From Candidatus Krumholzibacteriia bacterium (GTDB taxonomy: Bacteria; Krumholzibacteriota; Krumholzibacteriia; WVZY01), in NCBI GenBank assembly GCA_036478295.1, contig JAZGDW010000297.1:1-50319 (forward strand): a stretch of DNA of 50,319 bases, written 5' to 3'. The translations under genes were made by a program, and so were the position numbers. A model generated the notes under the pieces. It made no database searches. It was not told the DNA's origin and was given only the letters and a program-made list of their open reading frames with translations. Shown one piece after another: positions 18,069-27,477 of the stretch (position 1 is the stretch's first letter; each line of letters opens with the position of its first letter).

Positions 18069-21000
18069 TTGAAGAACCGATCGGCCGTGCGAAAACATTC
18101 CTTTACAAGAGCGCTCATCATCGCCACAACGGCGGTGTTCCTCCCCGGTCCACCTGGCGCGACGCCACCGGCCGACGAGCAAGACCAACTGCTCCAGGGA
18201 CTCCGTAACAAGATCGTCGAACTCCGGAGCGGTGGCAATTTTGCCGCCGCGGTCACCCTGGCGGAGGAGGTGGCGTCCACCCTGCAGTCCGAACCCACGG
18301 CACGGCTCGACCAGATGGTCGACGCCGAGTGGCTTCTCCGCACCACACGGATGCTCGCGGCACTCCCCGACTCTTCGCAGGCAAAGATGGTCCTGGTGGA
18401 GGCATGGAAACGAGAGTATCGCGGTTTGCTCGACCAAAGGGCGTACGAGCGGGCGGAGGGCATCATCGCGCGAGTGATCGTGGCGCAGAAGGACATACTC
18501 GGCACGGTGCATCCGGAAACGGCTGGAACACTGGTCGAGTTGGCCCGGGTTCACATGCAGCAGTTGCAGTACGCCTCCGCTGATTCACTCTTCTATGAGG
18601 GACTCAGCATCCAGAAGAGCACGCTGGGCGAGATCCATGTCGATGTTGCTTCAACGTTAAGCTCGCGCGCCCAGCTTTTCGCCGGTATGAAAAGATTCTC
18701 CGCCGCAGATTCGTTGTCCCGGCAAGCCCTGGTCATCCGCGTCAAAGTTCTCGGCGACGACGACCCCGAGGTGGCGAGGAGCCTGCAGGATTACGCTGCG
18801 GTCCGGATTCGTCTTCAGGATCCCGTGGCCGCCGAGGTTTTTTTGCGCAAGGCGCAAGACATTCTTCGCGACCGGTATGGCGAGAGCGCCCCCGCCGTCG
18901 TGAGACAGATGCAGAATCTAGCGGACCTGCTGGCAGCGCACTGCGATCACGCGGCTGCCGCGCGGCTGCACGAGAAGACGCTGGAGATACAGCTCCAAAA
19001 GTACGGGGCGAACCATCTTCACGTGGCCCTCCTGCGCAAGGATCTGGCGAAGTCCCTCGCCGCCCTCGGCGACTACAAAACATCCGAGGTGATGTATCGC
19101 GAGGCCCTCGACGTTCTCTACAAACGTCTGGATCCGAACCACGAGATTGTGGCGCAGGTCCTGAACGACTTGGGTATGGTGCTTCTGCGCATGGGCAATA
19201 TCGGGGAGGCGGTGGGCCAGTTCGACCGGGCAGTGGCAATCTGCAGGCACGTCCACGGCCCGGGCGGCATTGCAGAGGCGGCGGTGCTGATCAGCTACGG
19301 CACCCTGTTCCAGGAGACCCGGGATTACGCGAAGGCGAGGGAGTATTTCTCACAGGCCACAGAGATCTACCGGGAACGCATGGGAGAAACGAGTCCTCTC
19401 TTCGCCGGTGCGCTCTTTCAGATGGCACGCGCGTTGACGGGCCAGCACGAATACGGCCAGGCGCGGCTGCTCCTGATCGAAGCGTGCCGCATTCTGGAGA
19501 ACAACCGCCGGCGCCTGCGCAACTGCCGTTGTTCGATGGACCCGCCGTACGCGAGGGTGACCCCGTACCGGCTGCTGGCCTTCAACGAGCTACAGATGAA
19601 CAACGCGTCGGCCGCCTTTGACGCGTTGGAGAGGGATTACGCGGACTCGCTGGTTACGCGCTTCGACACCCGCTGGTTCCGGCGGCTGAATGCCGCCGAA
19701 GCCAGGCAGGAACGCTACGTGCAAGAGACCGTGGTGCGCCTCGAGCAACTCGTGGCCAATCGCTTCGTGGACGCCAACGCCCCCCGAAAGGATACGGACC
19801 GGGAGTCGATGCGTGCGCAGCTCGCACGTGCGCAGCAGTCGTGGGACATCCTGCAGGAACGCCTTCGCGCACGGTACCCCGCCGACGAAGGGTACGCCTT
19901 CGGACTCCGTGACATCCAATCGAGCCTGCAAGCGGGGGCAGGGTTGGTAGGATGGATGGATGTCGCAGAAACTCGCTACGTTTATCTGGTACCGCCGTAC
20001 GGAGACGTGGTTTGGGAGGAGCTGGACCCTCCGGGCGATGATTCGCTGTATACGCGTTTCAAATCGATGCTCGTGGACCCGCGGTCGGACGATGCCGAAC
20101 TTGGGCGGCTGGCCGCTGAAGTATACCGGCTCCGTCTGGGTCCTCTCGAGCCGTACCTGCAACGGATGACCACGCTCTATGTGGTTCCCTCCGGACCCAT
20201 GGTCGGGATCCCGGTGGAAATCCTGCCCGTTGACGGCCGGCCGATCGGCTCCGGCAGGACAGTGTGTTACACACCGTCAGCGTCGTTTTTTCGCTGGCTG
20301 CGCGCACGGCCGCGGAGCACCGTGCCAGCGTCGATGCTGGCGATCGGCGACCCGCCGTTCAATGACGAGCAGGCCCGCGACATGTATCTGGGCGATCACG
20401 GTCCGGGTGCCGACGCCGGCCTGTCTGGCCCGGAAAGAGAGGAACTGTTCGCGGCGGTGGTGGAGGGTAGGCCGGCGGCCGCCGAGGGACTGCCCCGCCT
20501 CACCGGAACCCGCCTAGAAATAGAGAGTTTCGCCAACATGTTCGCCCCGAACACCGTTCTCCTCGGACTCGACGCGAGCGAGGCGCGGATCGAGACCATG
20601 ACCCGCACGCTGTCTGATTTTGGCTTTGTCCACCTGGCCACGTACGCCATTACAGATGACGTGCGCGGCGAGCGTTCGTCGCTGGTGCTGTCGCAGTCCG
20701 ACGGTGCCGACGTCCTGGACAGCATCGTCCGCGGGCGGCGCCTGGTGGACGGCAGGTTGACCGTGGAGGAAATCCTCCGTGATTGGCGGCTGGAGGCCGA
20801 AGTGGTTACGCTGAGTGCTTGCCAGAACCATGGCACGCGGCTCGGCAGCGGCTTCGGTTTTGCCTACGTTTTCTTGCGCGCCGGGGCGCGCAGCGTCGTG
20901 TTCAACCGGTGGTACGTTGCCGACACACCGACGCGCATCCTCATGAAGCGTTTCTACCACAACCTGGCCGAGCGGCGCCTGGATAAGACACGGGCGCTGG

Positions 21001-21119
21001 ATGACGCCAAGGCCTGGCTGAGGGATTTCACGACGGAGAGCGGCGAACACCCCTACACCCACCCCGCCTACTGGGCCAGCTTCGCCCTGGTCGGCGACCC
21101 CTACTGGGCAACCTACTGA
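18069..21119 (+). CDS. Exported TPR-repeat plus CHAT (caspase-like) domain protein; Tyr at the catalytic His position
   Basis: Hydrophobic N-terminus; many LG..HP..A..L..LA TPRs; CHAT motifs VVPSGPM..IP.E.L, LPRL.GT..E, HLATYA, VTLSAC, AGARSVV..RW.V.D, HPAYWASF. Confidence 0.88.
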   Translation: MKNRSAVRKHSFTRALIIATTAVFLPGPPGATPPADEQDQLLQGLRNKIVELRSGGNFAAAVTLAEEVASTLQSEPTARLDQMVDAEWLLRTTRMLAALPDSSQAKMVLVEAWKREYRGLLDQRAYERAEGIIARVIVAQKDILGTVHPETAGTLVELARVHMQQLQYASADSLFYEGLSIQKSTLGEIHVDVASTLSSRAQLFAGMKRFSAADSLSRQALVIRVKVLGDDDPEVARSLQDYAAVRIRLQDPVAAEVFLRKAQDILRDRYGESAPAVVRQMQNLADLLAAHCDHAAAARLHEKTLEIQLQKYGANHLHVALLRKDLAKSLAALGDYKTSEVMYREALDVLYKRLDPNHEIVAQVLNDLGMVLLRMGNIGEAVGQFDRAVAICRHVHGPGGIAEAAVLISYGTLFQETRDYAKAREYFSQATEIYRERMGETSPLFAGALFQMARALTGQHEYGQARLLLIEACRILENNRRRLRNCRCSMDPPYARVTPYRLLAFNELQMNNASAAFDALERDYADSLVTRFDTRWFRRLNAAEARQERYVQETVVRLEQLVANRFVDANAPRKDTDRESMRAQLARAQQSWDILQERLRARYPADEGYAFGLRDIQSSLQAGAGLVGWMDVAETRYVYLVPPYGDVVWEELDPPGDDSLYTRFKSMLVDPRSDDAELGRLAAEVYRLRLGPLEPYLQRMTTLYVVPSGPMVGIPVEILPVDGRPIGSGRTVCYTPSASFFRWLRARPRSTVPASMLAIGDPPFNDEQARDMYLGDHGPGADAGLSGPEREELFAAVVEGRPAAAEGLPRLTGTRLEIESFANMFAPNTVLLGLDASEARIETMTRTLSDFGFVHLATYAITDDVRGERSSLVLSQSDGADVLDSIVRGRRLVDGRLTVEEILRDWRLEAEVVTLSACQNHGTRLGSGFGFAYVFLRAGARSVVFNRWYVADTPTRILMKRFYHNLAERRLDKTRALDDAKAWLRDFTTESGEHPYTHPAYWASFALVGDPYWATY

Positions 21120-21124
21120 GAATT

Positions 21125-21763
21125 CTACGAAACACCGAGGTATGCGACGTACGCGCGGGTGAGCTCGGTCACGAACATTGCGTCCGTGATTGGGGTCGGA
21201 CTGGTCGTCATTTCCGGATACAGCACGCGCTCCTCGATTGCGCTCATCACCATGAGAGACCCGAGCGTGGCCGCGAGCTGTGGGTCGGCGTGACCGACAT
21301 GCCGCCGCTCCAGCAATACCGGATCGACGAGGAGTCCGCGCATGCTCGACCTTAGGGCCTCGCCAAACCGGGTACGGACCCGCGCGCGCTCGCGCACCCG
21401 CAGGGCCCGGATAAGACCGCTGCGCTTTCGGAAGAGTCCCACGTAGAACGTGATGGCCTGGTTCAATCGCTTCTGAATGTGTTCCGACGTGCCGACCGCC
21501 CCCGGTCCCGAGGCCGCCTCCTCCGCGCACAGCCCGTCCAACTGCTCGAGCAGCGCGTCCTTGTCGTCGAAGCGGGCGTAAAATGCACCCACCGATGACG
21601 TCGAGCGGCGGGCGATCTCGGCCACCGTCACGGCGTCGAAGGTCCGCTTCTCGAGAAGCTCGCTCGTCGCTTCCAGGATCCGGCGGTGGGTTTCGCGGCT
21701 GCGCGCCTGCATCGGCGGGTGAAACGGCTCACCCGTTGTGGCAAACCGTCCCTTTCGTGGCAT
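21125..21763 (-). CDS. TetR/AcrR family transcriptional regulator
   Basis: QARSRET..RILEA...TVAEIARRS..SVGAFYARFDDKDAL HTH. Confidence 0.93.
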   Translation of the reverse strand: MPRKGRFATTGEPFHPPMQARSRETHRRILEATSELLEKRTFDAVTVAEIARRSTSSVGAFYARFDDKDALLEQLDGLCAEEAASGPGAVGTSEHIQKRLNQAITFYVGLFRKRSGLIRALRVRERARVRTRFGEALRSSMRGLLVDPVLLERRHVGHADPQLAATLGSLMVMSAIEERVLYPEMTTSPTPITDAMFVTELTRAYVAYLGVS

Positions 21764-21776
21764 ACCGGCTCCTTTT

Positions 21777-21798
21777 TAGAACAAGAATTCTTGTTCTA
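21777..21798. promoter_or_regulatory. Perfect 22-bp palindrome, probable TetR operator
   Basis: TAGAACAAGAATTCTTGTTCTA lies 13 bp upstream of the tetR ATG and abuts TATAAT hexamers on both strands (21798-21805). Confidence 0.8.
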
Positions 21799-21830
21799 TT
21801 ATAATGAGTGATTTATCAATCATATATATA

Positions 21831-22042
21831 CTGGCAACCCTAATCGATTCCTCGCTACCCTGGCGCGCTGGCGGTAGACGCGGCGAGATAGAGGTTCTCG
21901 GGTGAGTGCCGGTAGGCACGCTGCCAAGCTCCGATTGGGGCTAGATTGGCGCGCGGGTGACTGTCTGAGCGAGATAGCGTCTATCCCGCGGCGTCCACCG
22001 GTACAGTCGAGCCAGGCGGTGCGGTAATCAGTCACGAACCAG
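21831..22042. ncRNA. Unannotated ~210-nt rod-like structured element (E1), candidate ncRNA or diverged MITE
   Basis: Long imperfect inverted repeat: 21872-21892 vs 21980-22000 gives 18/21 Watson-Crick pairs, and pairing extends outward via CCTGGC/GCCAGG to CTGG/CCAG; shares core motifs with 28277-28453. Confidence 0.6.
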
Positions 22043-22054
22043 AACCTTGATTCG

Positions 22055-22084
22055 CTTATAACGGCAAAATGAATTGGCTGTCAA
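22055..22084 (-). promoter_or_regulatory. Sigma70-type promoter pointing into E1 and tetR
   Basis: Minus strand TTGACA (22084-22079)-N18-TATAAG (22060-22055); predicted TSS about 22048. Confidence 0.6.
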
Positions 22085-22125
22085 GCAAAAGTCGCCGGAC
22101 ACCTAACTGACTGACATAAAGTTAA

Positions 22126-22962
22126 TTAGAAAAGGCGCGAGCCAGAGGAATGCAGCATGATCAGGCCGGCGAATCGCCCGGTCATTCCCTGGTCATGGCG
22201 GTAGGAGTAAAATAGGTCGGGATGACAGGCCGTGCACATTTCGGCCACCTCGATGTGGTCGGCGCCGAGCCCCGCGGCTAACAGGCGTGCCTCGTTCATC
22301 CCCCACAGGTCGAGATAGCAGGTTCCGTGCATGTCTTCCTGAATGAACCGGCTTGCCTCGCTTCTCCCGAATTCCTTGTGGAACGCCTCCAACACCTCCT
22401 GCCCCACCTCATAGTGGCCCTTGCCGATGGACGGGCTGATCCCGGCGAACAACTCCTGCGGGTCGCTTCCGAAGGCGTCCTGCATGCTCTCGACGGTGCG
22501 TTCCGCGATGCGGCCCAGCGTCCCCTTCCAGCCGGCGTGGGCGAGACCGATGGCGGCGTGCCTCGGGTCGTAGAGGGAAATCACGACGCAGTCCGCCACC
22601 AGCACCATGAGCGGTACCCCACGCGCGCGCGTGATGAGAGCGTCAGCGCCGTCGATGCCGCCGTCGTCCGAAACGGCACCTCGGCCGCGCTCGGATGCGC
22701 CCACCACCGTGACGGTCGTCCCGTGCACCTGGCCGGGCACGGTCAGGTCCTCGGGCTCGATGCCCAGGGTCTGGCTGAGGAGCGCGCGGTTTTCGAGCAC
22801 GGCACCGGCATCATCCCCGACGTGCAAACCGAGGTTCAACCCTTTGTACGGACCCGCACTGGTTCCGCCGGCCCGAGTGGTGACCACGTTGGTGACGTTA
22901 CGAAAAGGCTCGAAGCGATCGTACGAAAGAAACCGGATGCTTCCGATGGTGTGTTCTTGCAC
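22126..22962 (-). CDS. pgeF: Peptidoglycan editing factor PgeF / YfiH (FAMIN) family
   Basis: TTRAGG.S, LNLGLHVGD, QVHG, ADALIT, VADC, HAGWKG, PSI, CTAC..FYSYR; GTG start 22962. Confidence 0.9.
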   Translation of the reverse strand: MQEHTIGSIRFLSYDRFEPFRNVTNVVTTRAGGTSAGPYKGLNLGLHVGDDAGAVLENRALLSQTLGIEPEDLTVPGQVHGTTVTVVGASERGRGAVSDDGGIDGADALITRARGVPLMVLVADCVVISLYDPRHAAIGLAHAGWKGTLGRIAERTVESMQDAFGSDPQELFAGISPSIGKGHYEVGQEVLEAFHKEFGRSEASRFIQEDMHGTCYLDLWGMNEARLLAAGLGADHIEVAEMCTACHPDLFYSYRHDQGMTGRFAGLIMLHSSGSRLF

Positions 22963-23062
22963 GTCTTCCCCCCCCGGCGAGTGGGTTCCCATCGTAGCCC
23001 GTGGCGCGGGCAATTGTCAACCGGGCCCCAGGGTGCCGCCGGCGCAAGATCCGAAAAGCGTC

Positions 23063-24298
23063 CTAGAGCAGCAACTTCGTCGCCAGCCAATAGAGGATAA
23101 TGGTCATCACCGCGGTGACCGGCACGGTGGCGAGCCACGACGTAAATATGGAGCGTATGGTCTTCAGCTGCAGTGCGGCCAGCCCACGGGCCAACCCGAC
23201 TCCCATGACCGCACCGATCAGTGAATGGGTCGTCGAAATCGGCAGCCCGAGCTTGGAGCACACCAGCACCGTGGTGGCGGCGGCGAACTCGGCCGAAAAC
23301 CCCCGCGTAGGCGTCATGTGAGTGATCTTCTCGCCCACCGTTTCCATGACCCGCCGCCCGAACATCGCGAGGCCAGCCACGATGCCCGCTCCTCCCAGCA
23401 GCAGAATCCAGATCGGGACACCCACCTTCATACCGACTTCCCCGGTGGTTTGGACGGCGTAGACGGCTGCCAACGGGCCGACGGCGTTGGCGACGTCGTT
23501 GGCTCCGTGCGCAAAGGCCACGTAGGCGGCCGTGGTTATTTGCAGATACCTGAATATGCGCTCGGTGTAATCGAACTCCTCGGTCGGCTCGAGTTCCTTC
23601 TCACGCTTGACGGGCTTGGGCAACAGAAAGAACGCAAGGCCACCGGCTACAATCGCTACCAGCGCGGACACGCCGAGCGCCGTGGTCATCGGCCAGTCGA
23701 GATGGATGTTCTTCAGTCCCTTGAAGATCAGCGCCATACTGAGCATGAACGCAACTACCATAACGAGGTATGGCGCATACTTCGCTGCGGCCTCGTCCGG
23801 ACGTTCCGTGCCAAGTATTTTCTTCTTGATAAAAGCGAAGGTCAGGAATCCCAACAGGCCGCTGGCCAGGGGCGAGATCACCCAGCTCGCAACGATGCCG
23901 CCCATCTTTGCCCAGTTGACAGCGCCGCCAGCTATCAATCCAAAGCCGAAAATCGCGCCGACTATCGAGTGGGTGGTCGAGACCGGCTGACCGAAATAAC
24001 TGGCGAGGTGCAGCCAAAGCGCCGCCGACACCAGCGCGGCGAGCATGCCGTATACGAGAAGGTCCGGGTTGCCGGTGAAGGCCGACGGGTCGACGATGCC
24101 TTTTCGCACCGTGTCGGTTACGTGCCCACCGACAAGTACCGCACCGGCGAATTCGAAGATCCCGGCCAGAATCACAGCACTCCGGAACGTCAGCGCCTTC
24201 GACCCCACGGAGGTTCCCAGGGCATTGGCAACATCGTTCGCTCCGATGTTCCACGCCATGTACAGACCGATAACGAGCGCCACTATCAAGAGCACCAT
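23063..24298 (-). CDS. pit: PiT-family inorganic phosphate transporter
   Basis: Two GANDVAN signatures; PVSTTHS and PISTTHS. Confidence 0.95.
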   Translation of the reverse strand: MVLLIVALVIGLYMAWNIGANDVANALGTSVGSKALTFRSAVILAGIFEFAGAVLVGGHVTDTVRKGIVDPSAFTGNPDLLVYGMLAALVSAALWLHLASYFGQPVSTTHSIVGAIFGFGLIAGGAVNWAKMGGIVASWVISPLASGLLGFLTFAFIKKKILGTERPDEAAAKYAPYLVMVVAFMLSMALIFKGLKNIHLDWPMTTALGVSALVAIVAGGLAFFLLPKPVKREKELEPTEEFDYTERIFRYLQITTAAYVAFAHGANDVANAVGPLAAVYAVQTTGEVGMKVGVPIWILLLGGAGIVAGLAMFGRRVMETVGEKITHMTPTRGFSAEFAAATTVLVCSKLGLPISTTHSLIGAVMGVGLARGLAALQLKTIRSIFTSWLATVPVTAVMTIILYWLATKLLL

Positions 24299-24407
24299 AA
24301 AAGTCTGTCCTCCTCTTCAACAGCGGGTGTCACGGATACGCGAGCAGCGGCATGTGCGCCCCCAGGCTGCGGTTGCCGGCAAGTATGCTGCGCCAGGTCC
24401 GGCAATG

Positions 24408-25082
24408 TTATTTCTTGGCAATGATGAGTCTCAGGAACTTCGCGGTACTCTCGGCCTTGTTCGCGACTCTGCTCAACGTCAGGCAGTACTTGTCATAAAA
24501 CGCGAGCGTCGTGGGATCCAGTTTCTTCTCCAGACTGTAGAAGTGTTTCGCGAAGGCGCGCTGCAGTTTATCGGCCTTCCACTCCTCCTGGCCGATAGTA
24601 TCGATCGCTTTCAGGACCCGGTCTGCTTCCACCCCGGTGAAAGCGGCCTCGGCGAGTACCGACAGGTCTTCGGACAGGGCAAGCAACCGCTGGCTCACAT
24701 TGATTACCTGGTCCACGAACGCGGTAAACTCATCCTTCAGATCCGGATGCATACGCGTCTTGCGCAGCAGGACCACTACGGAAAAGTCCTCCGCCGCGTC
24801 GGCGATCGTGTCCTGCACGGCCAGATACTGGGTCAGCTCGTACCTGCCGACCGACAGCAATTGCATCCCGGTCAGCATGTCCCGAATCTCGTCTTTCATG
24901 ACGTCCGCTTCGTGCTCGGTCTTCGACATCTCATTATGGAGCGTGTCGAGTTTCTCGTGATCCTCCGCCAGAAGCGCTTCGGTAATGGGCCGAATCAACA
25001 ACACGCAGTCGTGGACTTTCTTCGTGTGCTCCACCAGCAGACGAAAAGGCGACGCGCCAAATAGCTTGCGTATGAAATCCAT
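24408..25082 (-). CDS. DUF47 / PhoU-like Pit accessory protein
   Basis: LFG.SPF..L.EH, EHEAD..K, QD.IAD..ED, EWKAD; directly upstream of pit. Confidence 0.9.
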   Translation of the reverse strand: MDFIRKLFGASPFRLLVEHTKKVHDCVLLIRPITEALLAEDHEKLDTLHNEMSKTEHEADVMKDEIRDMLTGMQLLSVGRYELTQYLAVQDTIADAAEDFSVVVLLRKTRMHPDLKDEFTAFVDQVINVSQRLLALSEDLSVLAEAAFTGVEADRVLKAIDTIGQEEWKADKLQRAFAKHFYSLEKKLDPTTLAFYDKYCLTLSRVANKAESTAKFLRLIIAKK

Positions 25083-25208
25083 GGCAATCCCCTTCTATGA
25101 TACTCGACCAGGTACGCGCACCCCCGCTTGCGCCAGCCAAGAAATTGACCCGCATTCTAATCGCATCCGGAGAAGAAATAAAGCGCAAATCGTTGGGCGT
25201 CGGCGGAG

Positions 25209-26024
25209 CTACTCGTTCAGGCTCCAGTCGTAGTGGGTGTGTTTGATTTTCCACCCCGCCGGGTCGCGGCGGATGACGGCGGCCACGCCATCGGGCAGGT
25301 AACGCGCGACGAAGAGCAGGATCTCTTCGTCGTTCGCACCGAAATCGCCGGCGTACCAGTCCAGGATCTTGGAGATGTGGGCGACCTTCTCTTTGGTGTC
25401 GAAATGGTTTTTTCCCGGCTCGGCGAAGAAGATCCGCGCCTGCTCGTCGAGTTGGCTGTTGAGCGTTGGCCCCTCGAACGCCTGGGCACTCAGGGCAGGG
25501 CAGGACTTCGATGCGCAAACCAGCGCGAAGTGTGCCCGTGGGTCCTGAAATCGGGGCCGGATGATCTCGTGCTCGATATCGTTGAGACTCAACTTCTCGC
25601 CGTTGATGACAATAAAATCCCGGTGCCAGATGGTCTTTTTGGTTACGGCACCGACGTAGCGACCGGCGAAGTGAAGGTCGTTGATGCTCTTTACCGGATA
25701 GTTTTCGCAGATAAGCTGCAGGGTGAACGCGTTGTAGGCATTGATCCAGAACGCCAGGCGCGTGTGGTCATCCGTGATCGCGGCGGGATCGGTCGCCTCG
25801 AGACGGGCCAGGTACGCCTCGAGGTGTCCGGAGCGGCACAGGGTGGGGTAGTCCACGCGCCCGTCACGGACGTGTGTGCTCAGGATACGGCTGAACGCGG
25901 CGTGCGCCTCGGCGGCGTCGGTGTCGATACCCGCCTCCGCGGGTTGGATCCGCGGCGTCTGGCCCGCGCATCCCACCGCGCACATTGATAACATCAAGGC
26001 GGCTGCAATCAGAATCGTTTTCAC
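25209..26024 (-). CDS. DUF547 domain lipoprotein
   Basis: Lipobox AVGC; GRVDY, LAFWINAYNA, LNDIEH.IIR, DPRAHFALVCASKSCP, YDWSLN; GTG start 26024 behind GGAG. Confidence 0.9.
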   Translation of the reverse strand: MKTILIAAALMLSMCAVGCAGQTPRIQPAEAGIDTDAAEAHAAFSRILSTHVRDGRVDYPTLCRSGHLEAYLARLEATDPAAITDDHTRLAFWINAYNAFTLQLICENYPVKSINDLHFAGRYVGAVTKKTIWHRDFIVINGEKLSLNDIEHEIIRPRFQDPRAHFALVCASKSCPALSAQAFEGPTLNSQLDEQARIFFAEPGKNHFDTKEKVAHISKILDWYAGDFGANDEEILLFVARYLPDGVAAVIRRDPAGWKIKHTHYDWSLNE

Positions 26025-26028
26025 AGGG

Positions 26029-27333
26029 TCACTCCATAGAACCGAGCCAGTCGCCAATGCGGTCGACCGCCTCGACCACCCGCCCGCAGTGCGTACGCAC
26101 AAAATCGTCGTCGAGCGCTTCGCCCTCGGGCACCGTCCCGGCCGCCTCGAGTGCGGCGGCGCCGTCGAAATCCACATAAGCCAGCCTGGCAGTCAGTTCG
26201 TCCGCCGGCCTGCTGAACGCGCTGCCCGGCAGGATGGCGACTCCCGTGTCGTCGAGCAGCTTTTCGCATATCTCGACGCTGGTATTGATTCCCTTCCGGC
26301 GCAGTTTGTCACGCAGAGGTGAGAAATCCGGAAACAGGTAGAACGCGCCCTCGGGCGGCAGGATATCCGCGCCTGTCTTTTCCAACGAGCGGGTGAGCAA
26401 GTTACCGAGCGCGGACAACACCCGGCGCGACCGCACGAGGTAGCGATCGATGTCGGCTCCCCCCTGGAACGCGCGGATCGCCGCGTACTGGATCGGCGCG
26501 CTCGTCGAGGTGAAGGTCTCGCTGGCCACCGCCGCCATGGCGTCGAGCAGCCATCTCAGTGATTTGGGAAAGACGAACAGTCCCAGCCGCCAGCCGCCGG
26601 CGCCGCACCATTTGCTCAATCCACCGCTGAATATGGTGCTTTCTGGATACAGGGGCACGATGGATTCGTGCTGTCCCGTGTGGTGGATCTTGCCGTAGAT
26701 CTCGTCCGAGAGGACGACCACGTGGTTCTGCCTCGCCACCTCGGCGATGTCGGCGAGCTGCCCGTGGGACAGGGTGCATCCCGTCGGGTTGGACGGGTAG
26801 TTGAGGACCAGGATGCGCGGCCGGCCGTGATCCTTGGCGCAAAATTCTTCGAGCTGCGCGGCGGTCAGTTGCCAGTTGCTCTCGATCGACGTGGGCAGAA
26901 CAAAGATGTTCCGACCGATAATCTGGGCCTGGGGCGCGTAGGACACCCAGGATGGGGAGCTGATAACGAGATCTCCGTAGTACGCGAGCTGCAGTAGAAA
27001 CATCAGCTCTTTCGACCCCGGGCCGATCAAGACCTCGTCGGCCGTACACTCGATGCCGAACGTCCGCCGGTGGTGTTCGGCGACGGCCTCCCGCAGTTCG
27101 TACAAACCCTTCACCGGCAGGTAGGCCTTCTGGTGGGCGTTCTCCCGCAATGCCTCCACCACAGACTCCGGTACGGGAAAGGGCGATTGGCCTAATCCCA
27201 GTTTGATGACGTCGCGTCCCCGGCGAATCAGCTCGTTGGAACGGTCGTTGATCGCCACGGTCGCCGACACACCGAGCCCGCGAACATTGAGGTTCAGATG
27301 AACTTCACCAAATGAATCGGGATGATTATGCAT
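26029..27333 (-). CDS. PLP-dependent class I/II aminotransferase
   Basis: GPGSK, PSWVSY, NYPSNPTG, SDEIY, GLSKW...GWRLG. Confidence 0.92.
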   Translation of the reverse strand: MHNHPDSFGEVHLNLNVRGLGVSATVAINDRSNELIRRGRDVIKLGLGQSPFPVPESVVEALRENAHQKAYLPVKGLYELREAVAEHHRRTFGIECTADEVLIGPGSKELMFLLQLAYYGDLVISSPSWVSYAPQAQIIGRNIFVLPTSIESNWQLTAAQLEEFCAKDHGRPRILVLNYPSNPTGCTLSHGQLADIAEVARQNHVVVLSDEIYGKIHHTGQHESIVPLYPESTIFSGGLSKWCGAGGWRLGLFVFPKSLRWLLDAMAAVASETFTSTSAPIQYAAIRAFQGGADIDRYLVRSRRVLSALGNLLTRSLEKTGADILPPEGAFYLFPDFSPLRDKLRRKGINTSVEICEKLLDDTGVAILPGSAFSRPADELTARLAYVDFDGAAALEAAGTVPEGEALDDDFVRTHCGRVVEAVDRIGDWLGSME

Positions 27334-27477
27334 GACACTTGCCGACTGGGGTCGTGCTCCTACCGGTTAGTGCATCGAACCAGCCGAATATTACACGATT
27401 ATTTTGCGAAGGTCGAGTCTCCTCTGCGCCGCACGAACGCCTTTCATAATCCCCAGCGGAGCCCTATAATGCCGGGG

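Noticed and set aside
18069-21119. CRISPR-associated or anti-phage caspase system
   Set aside because: No Cas7-11, gasdermin or other effector nearby; the protein looks exported and lacks the canonical His
21820-22035. 71-aa minus-strand ORF across E1
   Set aside because: No RBS or recognisable protein features; the region is better explained by base-pairing and homology to E2
21831-22042. Calling E1 6S RNA, SRP RNA, RNase P RNA or tmRNA
   Set aside because: No SRP GGAA domain, RNase P GAGGAAAGUCC or tRNA-like ends; 6S cannot be excluded without cmsearch but is not supported by arm proportions or the second copy
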